Assembly: GCA_965213675.1 (NCBI GenBank)
Contig: OZ243916.1
Location: forward strand, 480,001 to 544,000
Source of the DNA: an uncultured Candidatus Binatia bacterium
Lineage (GTDB): Bacteria > Desulfobacterota > Binatia > UBA9968 > JAJDTQ01
Length of the DNA stretch: 64,000 nt
Direction of reading: 5' to 3'
A model generated the notes under the pieces. The model saw only the letters and a list, made by a program, of their open reading frames with translations. It was not told the origin of the DNA and did no database searches. Position 1 is the first letter of the stretch; each line of letters starts with the position of its first letter. Made by a program: the position numbers and the translations under genes. This document shows, piece after piece, positions 60,063 to 64,000 of the stretch.

Positions 60063-60899
60063 GTGACAACCACGTTCCACGGCCTTCGCGCCACCGGTGA
60101 GCCTCTCCGTGACGGCGACTCGGTGATCTTCCTTGATCGCAAGGACCGGGAGTACCTGAAGACGCTTCGCGCCGGCGAAACCATTTCCATCCGGGGCGGG
60201 GCCATCCCCGTGGACGACCTGCTGGGCCGGTCTGACGGTTTCAGCGTGCGGTCGTCGCTCAAGGAGCGGTTCGTGGTCTTGCGCCCGACGCTGGAGCGCC
60301 TGATCCCGAACCTGCCACGCAAGGCCCAGGTGATCTATCCCAAGGACTTGGCGCTGATCTTGATGTGGGGCGACATCCATCCCGGCGCGACGGTGGTGGA
60401 GGCGGGGGTCGGCCCAGGGGCGCTCACGCTGGCGCTGCTGCGCGCGGTAGGGCCGGAAGGACGGCTCATCTCCTTCGAGATCCGGGAGGAACATGCCCGC
60501 GCCGCGGAACGGAACGTGGCGCGCTACTACGGCGCGGCGCCCCAGTGGACGCTGGAGGTGGGGGACGTTGCCGACGGCCTGCGGGAACTCACCGTGGACC
60601 GGATTCTTCTCGATCTCCCGGAGCCCTGGCGGCAAACCGATGTGGCGTGGCGGGCGCTAAGGCCCGGCGGCGTTTTCCTGGGCTACGTGCCGACGGTGCT
60701 TCAGGTGAAAGGATTTGTGGATTCGCTGAAGGAGCACGGCGGTTTTGCCTGCATCGATACCATGGAGACCCTGGTCCGTTACTGGCACGTCAAGGAGATG
60801 AGCGTTCGGCCGCAGCACCGCATGGTGGCTCACACCGGGTTCGTGACGACGGCTCGGCGCGTGGAGAGGGAGAGCGGCGCGGACCGGGTAGGCGGATGA
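60063..60899 (+). CDS. trmI: tRNA (adenine58-N1)-methyltransferase
   Basis: QVIYPKD, EAGVGPGALT, LDLPEPW and RP.HRMVAHTGF motifs; RBS GAGGAGG before GTG. Confidence 0.92.
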   Translation: MTTTFHGLRATGEPLRDGDSVIFLDRKDREYLKTLRAGETISIRGGAIPVDDLLGRSDGFSVRSSLKERFVVLRPTLERLIPNLPRKAQVIYPKDLALILMWGDIHPGATVVEAGVGPGALTLALLRAVGPEGRLISFEIREEHARAAERNVARYYGAAPQWTLEVGDVADGLRELTVDRILLDLPEPWRQTDVAWRALRPGGVFLGYVPTVLQVKGFVDSLKEHGGFACIDTMETLVRYWHVKEMSVRPQHRMVAHTGFVTTARRVERESGADRVGG

Positions 60900-60926
60900 C
60901 GGCGCAGGGACGCGTCGCCTGCGGGA

Positions 60927-61286
60927 TCACTTCCTTTTTCGACAGCCCGCGCAGTAGCAGACGTGCGTTTCAGGGTCTTGCACCAGTCCTTCGTCGAGGT
61001 TGTGGCAGATTTTCTTGCACGCCAGACAGATGAAGTAGATGCCCTCGATGGTCTTGTTGATCTTCTCCCGGTTGAGGACGCGACCCTTGAGCTTCTCGAT
61101 GCGGATGCCCAAGAGATCTTCGTACTGCCGCTTGATCTTGAGCCGGCCGGCGGCGTCGCTCGGGAGCTCCTGATCAGCGGCGTCGTCGGCGGGTTCGTTC
61201 ACCGCGCCCTTGGACGTTCGCGTATTCCGAATCGCCTTCGTGGCCCTGGAAGCAGGCTTTTCCGTGCTGTCTTTGGCAAGAGTCAT
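60927..61286 (-). CDS. Hypothetical small protein with Cys-rich, Zn-finger-like C-terminus
   Basis: CLACKKICH...CYCAGC; candidate own promoter (minus-strand TTGACA at 61325-61330). Confidence 0.7.
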   Translation of the reverse strand: MTLAKDSTEKPASRATKAIRNTRTSKGAVNEPADDAADQELPSDAAGRLKIKRQYEDLLGIRIEKLKGRVLNREKINKTIEGIYFICLACKKICHNLDEGLVQDPETHVCYCAGCRKRK

Positions 61287-61452
61287 GCGTGGTGCCGTTG
61301 ACGGATAGCCCTTCGATTCCGCTTTGTCAAACAGGCATTGGGTTGCCAGGCATCGGGTTCCGTGCGTTCCATCAAGGCGACGCTGGAGATCCCTGCCGCC
61401 TTCGTCCGCGCCAACCCTCGTCCGCGTCCTGTATCTCCGTTACGAATCCCCG

Positions 61453-61914
61453 TTACGACAGGCCGACCCATACCGTGACCGACAGGAACAGCAGCATCAG
61501 CACGGACGACTGATCCAGCTTGCGCAGCACCCGATCCACCCCTTCGGCGGTGACGCCCTCCGGCGATTCGGATTGCCTGACGAAGCGGTGGGCGATGCCC
61601 ATGCACTGCCACGTCCCCAGCATGATGACACAGAAGGCCAGCAGCAGTTTGACGGCCAGGCCGGCGCCGAACTCCTGCGAGTAGGCCGAGCCGTGCAGCG
61701 CCTTGAGATCGGTGATCTGGGAGGCTCCGGTCAGGGTCAGAACCCCCAACAGGCCGATCTGCGCGGGGTTGTAGAGCCGCAGCGCGCGCACCAGAAACCG
61801 CGTCCGGGCTTCGCTCCCGGGCTCCAGCCGCAACGCCGGCAGCAACACGCGCCAGAGCCCCGTCACCAGTCCGATGTGCAGGGTCAGCGAGATTATGTGG
61901 AAATCCGCGGCCAA
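61453..61914 (-). CDS. CopD-like 4-TM membrane protein
   Basis: LHIG, L.VL.LTG and LAVKLLL pattern; hydrophobic segments. Confidence 0.65.
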   Translation of the reverse strand: MAADFHIISLTLHIGLVTGLWRVLLPALRLEPGSEARTRFLVRALRLYNPAQIGLLGVLTLTGASQITDLKALHGSAYSQEFGAGLAVKLLLAFCVIMLGTWQCMGIAHRFVRQSESPEGVTAEGVDRVLRKLDQSSVLMLLFLSVTVWVGLS

Positions 61915-61934
61915 ACTGTACGGCGGAGCGAACG

Positions 61935-62762
61935 CTAACCGGCGACCTTGGAGCGCCAGCTCAGGAGCGCCCGCTTGGCGATCTGTTTCCCCGGGGCCTG
62001 ATAGTCCGCGGTGAGTCTGGCCAGGCGTTTGCTGAACTCGTCGAGTTGCTTCTGCCGGTCCTTGTCGAATGCCGTCAGTTCACGTGCGCGTCGTTCCTGG
62101 AAATGCTGCAGTTCGCGCTGGCGATTCTCCAGGAATGCCGCAAGGTCGGCGTTCCACTGGTCATGGAACTGCTGCACGGTGGTGCGCACCAGATAGTTGA
62201 GATCGTCCTTGACGACCGTGGACTTGAAGCAAGCGGGACAGAACAAAACGTTGCCGATGGTCAGGCGGCCTGTCTCCACCTCGTAGGTGGCGTTGCAGGC
62301 ATAGCAGTGCAGGGACACGGGCCACTCGTCCGGGGGCGGCGCGGCGACGGAGGGTTGGGACGCGTCGGCATATACGGCGGCGGGAGCCCCGACGGGTTGG
62401 GGCGCGCCTTGGGGAGGCGCGCTGGCGGTGGGGGCGGCCTCAGCGGTCGCGGCGGCGGCGGCTGGGGCGGCTCCGCCCTCGCGGAACCGGGATTCGAAGG
62501 TGTCGCCGAAATCGGTGTCGGCGTGGATGGTGCGCGCCCGGCCGATGAGCGCGTCCTCGGTCTCCACGTTGTTGGGGTCGGTCACGCAGCAGTCCACGGG
62601 GCACACCGCCGCGCACGCTTCGTAGTCGTGAAAGCCCACGCATTCGGTACAGAGCAGCGGGTCGATGATGTAGATCTCGTCGGCCTGGGTGATGGCGTTG
62701 TTGGGGCATTCCGGCTCGCACGCGCCGCAGTTGATGCACTCGCTGGTTATCATGGTGGCCAT
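61935..62762 (-). CDS. YfhL-type 2[4Fe-4S] ferredoxin fused to Zn-ribbon and coiled-coil domains
   Basis: MATMITSECINCGACEPECP...CTECVGFHD..AC..VCPVDCC, Ala/Pro linker, CYAC...CPAC and charged helical tail; RBS AGGAGG. Confidence 0.85.
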   Translation of the reverse strand: MATMITSECINCGACEPECPNNAITQADEIYIIDPLLCTECVGFHDYEACAAVCPVDCCVTDPNNVETEDALIGRARTIHADTDFGDTFESRFREGGAAPAAAAATAEAAPTASAPPQGAPQPVGAPAAVYADASQPSVAAPPPDEWPVSLHCYACNATYEVETGRLTIGNVLFCPACFKSTVVKDDLNYLVRTTVQQFHDQWNADLAAFLENRQRELQHFQERRARELTAFDKDRQKQLDEFSKRLARLTADYQAPGKQIAKRALLSWRSKVAG

Positions 62763-63077
62763 GGACTCGAAGACCTCCTGTGTTCCGGCCGATTCACTGG
62801 CGTCGTGTCGGTCGCGTCGGACGGTAAACGCGCCAGGAAACGCGCCACGAAACGCCCCACGCACCTTCTCTTGGAAATAACAGCGGCCGCGGGATGCGTC
62901 AAGGTTTCGCGGGCGCCGCCGCGATGGCGGGGACAACGCAAGATGCGCCGGAAACGATTCTTGACAGCGAAAGTCCGCTCTGCTACGCGTCCTACAGCCC
63001 GATGGGCGGGCGGGTTCCACGGTGTTCGCATCGGCCCGCAACGCAAGCGAAATGATTGGCTGAAGAGAACCGAGACG

Positions 63078-63123
63078 AACCAGCCGCTTCCTGGCACGAC
63101 CGGGAGGACGCGCTGGTTTTTTT
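63078..63123 (+). terminator. Intrinsic-terminator-like hairpin upstream of AMDase-like gene
   Basis: AACCAGC...TTCCTGG-CACGA-CCGGGAG...GCTGGTT followed by a run of T. Confidence 0.55.
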
Positions 63124-63188
63124 GTGGACGGTACCTGCCGCGGGAGGGCGGCGGGAGTTCGGCCAAGGCGCATTGGATGGAGGACTTG

Positions 63189-63890
63189 ATGAAGACTTTG
63201 GGTCTGATCTCGCCCAATCTGGACGATCCGACCGTTCAGGAGTACTACCGCATTCTGCCGGAAGGCATCGAAATCAAGGGCCGGCCGCTCCATGTCACCA
63301 CGTTCACGGACGAGACCTTCGCCAAGGTGGAGGAGGATTTCGCCGACGTCGTCCGTGACCTGACGCGGGATTCCCTCGATTTTCTCATGATCACGGGGGA
63401 ACTGTTCCTCTCTTACCGGGGTCCGGGCTCGGACCGGCTCGTGCTGGACGCGGTGCGCGAGATCGCGCCGGTGAATGCCTCGACGGTGCTCACCGCGGTG
63501 GTGCGCGCCTTCAAGGCACTTGACATCTACCGCGTGGTCATGGCTTCGCCGTTCCCCCACGACCAGGACGAGAACCTCATCCGGTTCCTGGACCACTACA
63601 ACATCGAAGTGGCCGCCAACCGCGGTCTGGGCTACGACAACACCCACGAGATCTGGGACCTTCCGCCCGAGACCGGCTACGACCTCGCCGCCGCCGTGCT
63701 GGAGGAATGCCCCAACGTGGACGGCATCTACATGCCGTGCAACAAATGGCGCGTGTCGCCCGTCATCGAGCGGTTGGAGACGGATCTGGGCAAGCCCGTC
63801 ATCACCAACACTCAGGCGTGGATCTGGGAGGCGCTGAAGGGAATGGGCATGAGCTCGTCTCTGTCCGGGTACGGCAGGCTGCTGAAGTAG
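63189..63890 (+). CDS. Asp/Glu racemase superfamily protein (maleate isomerase/arylmalonate decarboxylase-like)
   Basis: LGLISP, A..AL...RV...SPF, DGIYMPC and LE..LGKPVITNTQA..W motifs; RBS GGAGG. Confidence 0.88.
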   Translation: MKTLGLISPNLDDPTVQEYYRILPEGIEIKGRPLHVTTFTDETFAKVEEDFADVVRDLTRDSLDFLMITGELFLSYRGPGSDRLVLDAVREIAPVNASTVLTAVVRAFKALDIYRVVMASPFPHDQDENLIRFLDHYNIEVAANRGLGYDNTHEIWDLPPETGYDLAAAVLEECPNVDGIYMPCNKWRVSPVIERLETDLGKPVITNTQAWIWEALKGMGMSSSLSGYGRLLK

Positions 63891-63904
63891 GACCGGACAC
63901 CACA

Positions 63905-64000
63905 CTAGAACGTGGTGAGCACGATACCGCCGAGACAGATGGAGGCCGCTCCCACCAGCACCTTGAGCGTCACCCGCTCCAGGGCACGCAGGAAAACGGT
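63905..64000 (-). CDS. DMT/EamA transporter, C-terminal part (truncated by window edge)
   Basis: TVFLRALERVTLKVLVGAASICLGGIVLTTF*, similar to the end of the 34340-35203 product. Confidence 0.7.
   Translation of the reverse strand, partial: TVFLRALERVTLKVLVGAASICLGGIVLTTF

Noticed and set aside
61935-63905. Two long, mutually overlapping ORFs (656 aa minus, 614 aa plus)
   Set aside because: Each is a real gene plus an open-frame extension antisense to the other; RBS-supported starts are at 62762 and 63189.

Overview
GC-rich bacterial chromosomal window. Gene content and style suggest a deltaproteobacterial/Binatia-like lineage; this is inference only. Housekeeping genes include gmk (3' end), rel/spoT, rpmB, lgt, rlmD, mlaEFD, a TrmN6-like methyltransferase, dciA, class II RNR nrdJ, pgpA, rpoH, trmL, dtd, trmI and tRNA-Ser(GGA). 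They are interleaved with many paralogous catabolic enzymes: UbiD, two LLM oxidoreductases, an M20 and a second amidohydrolase, opine dehydrogenase, an MLE-like enolase, M24, two OCD/mu-crystallin proteins, penicillin acylase, coxGMS without coxL, and an AMDase-like protein. There is also an alpha-2-macroglobulin-pbpC-mltA envelope cluster and a small decayed defence/TA islet (about 8.9-11.8 kb). The most notable unexplained signals are: (1) a 157-bp TGT...ACA palindromic element in two ungapped copies with compensatory stem changes, plus orphan ends fused to TAG stop codons; (2) NrdR tandem boxes plus three phased DnaA-like boxes between divergent dciA and nrdJ; (3) two candidate structured leader/small RNAs (47.55 kb and 63.0 kb); (4) odd domain architectures, namely an exported DUF151-PDZ protein, a ferredoxin-Zn-ribbon-coiled-coil protein and a coiled-coil/AT-hook/winged-helix small protein. 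No CRISPR array, rRNA, intact transposase or prophage was seen. All calls come from motif recognition by eye; no database searches were run.
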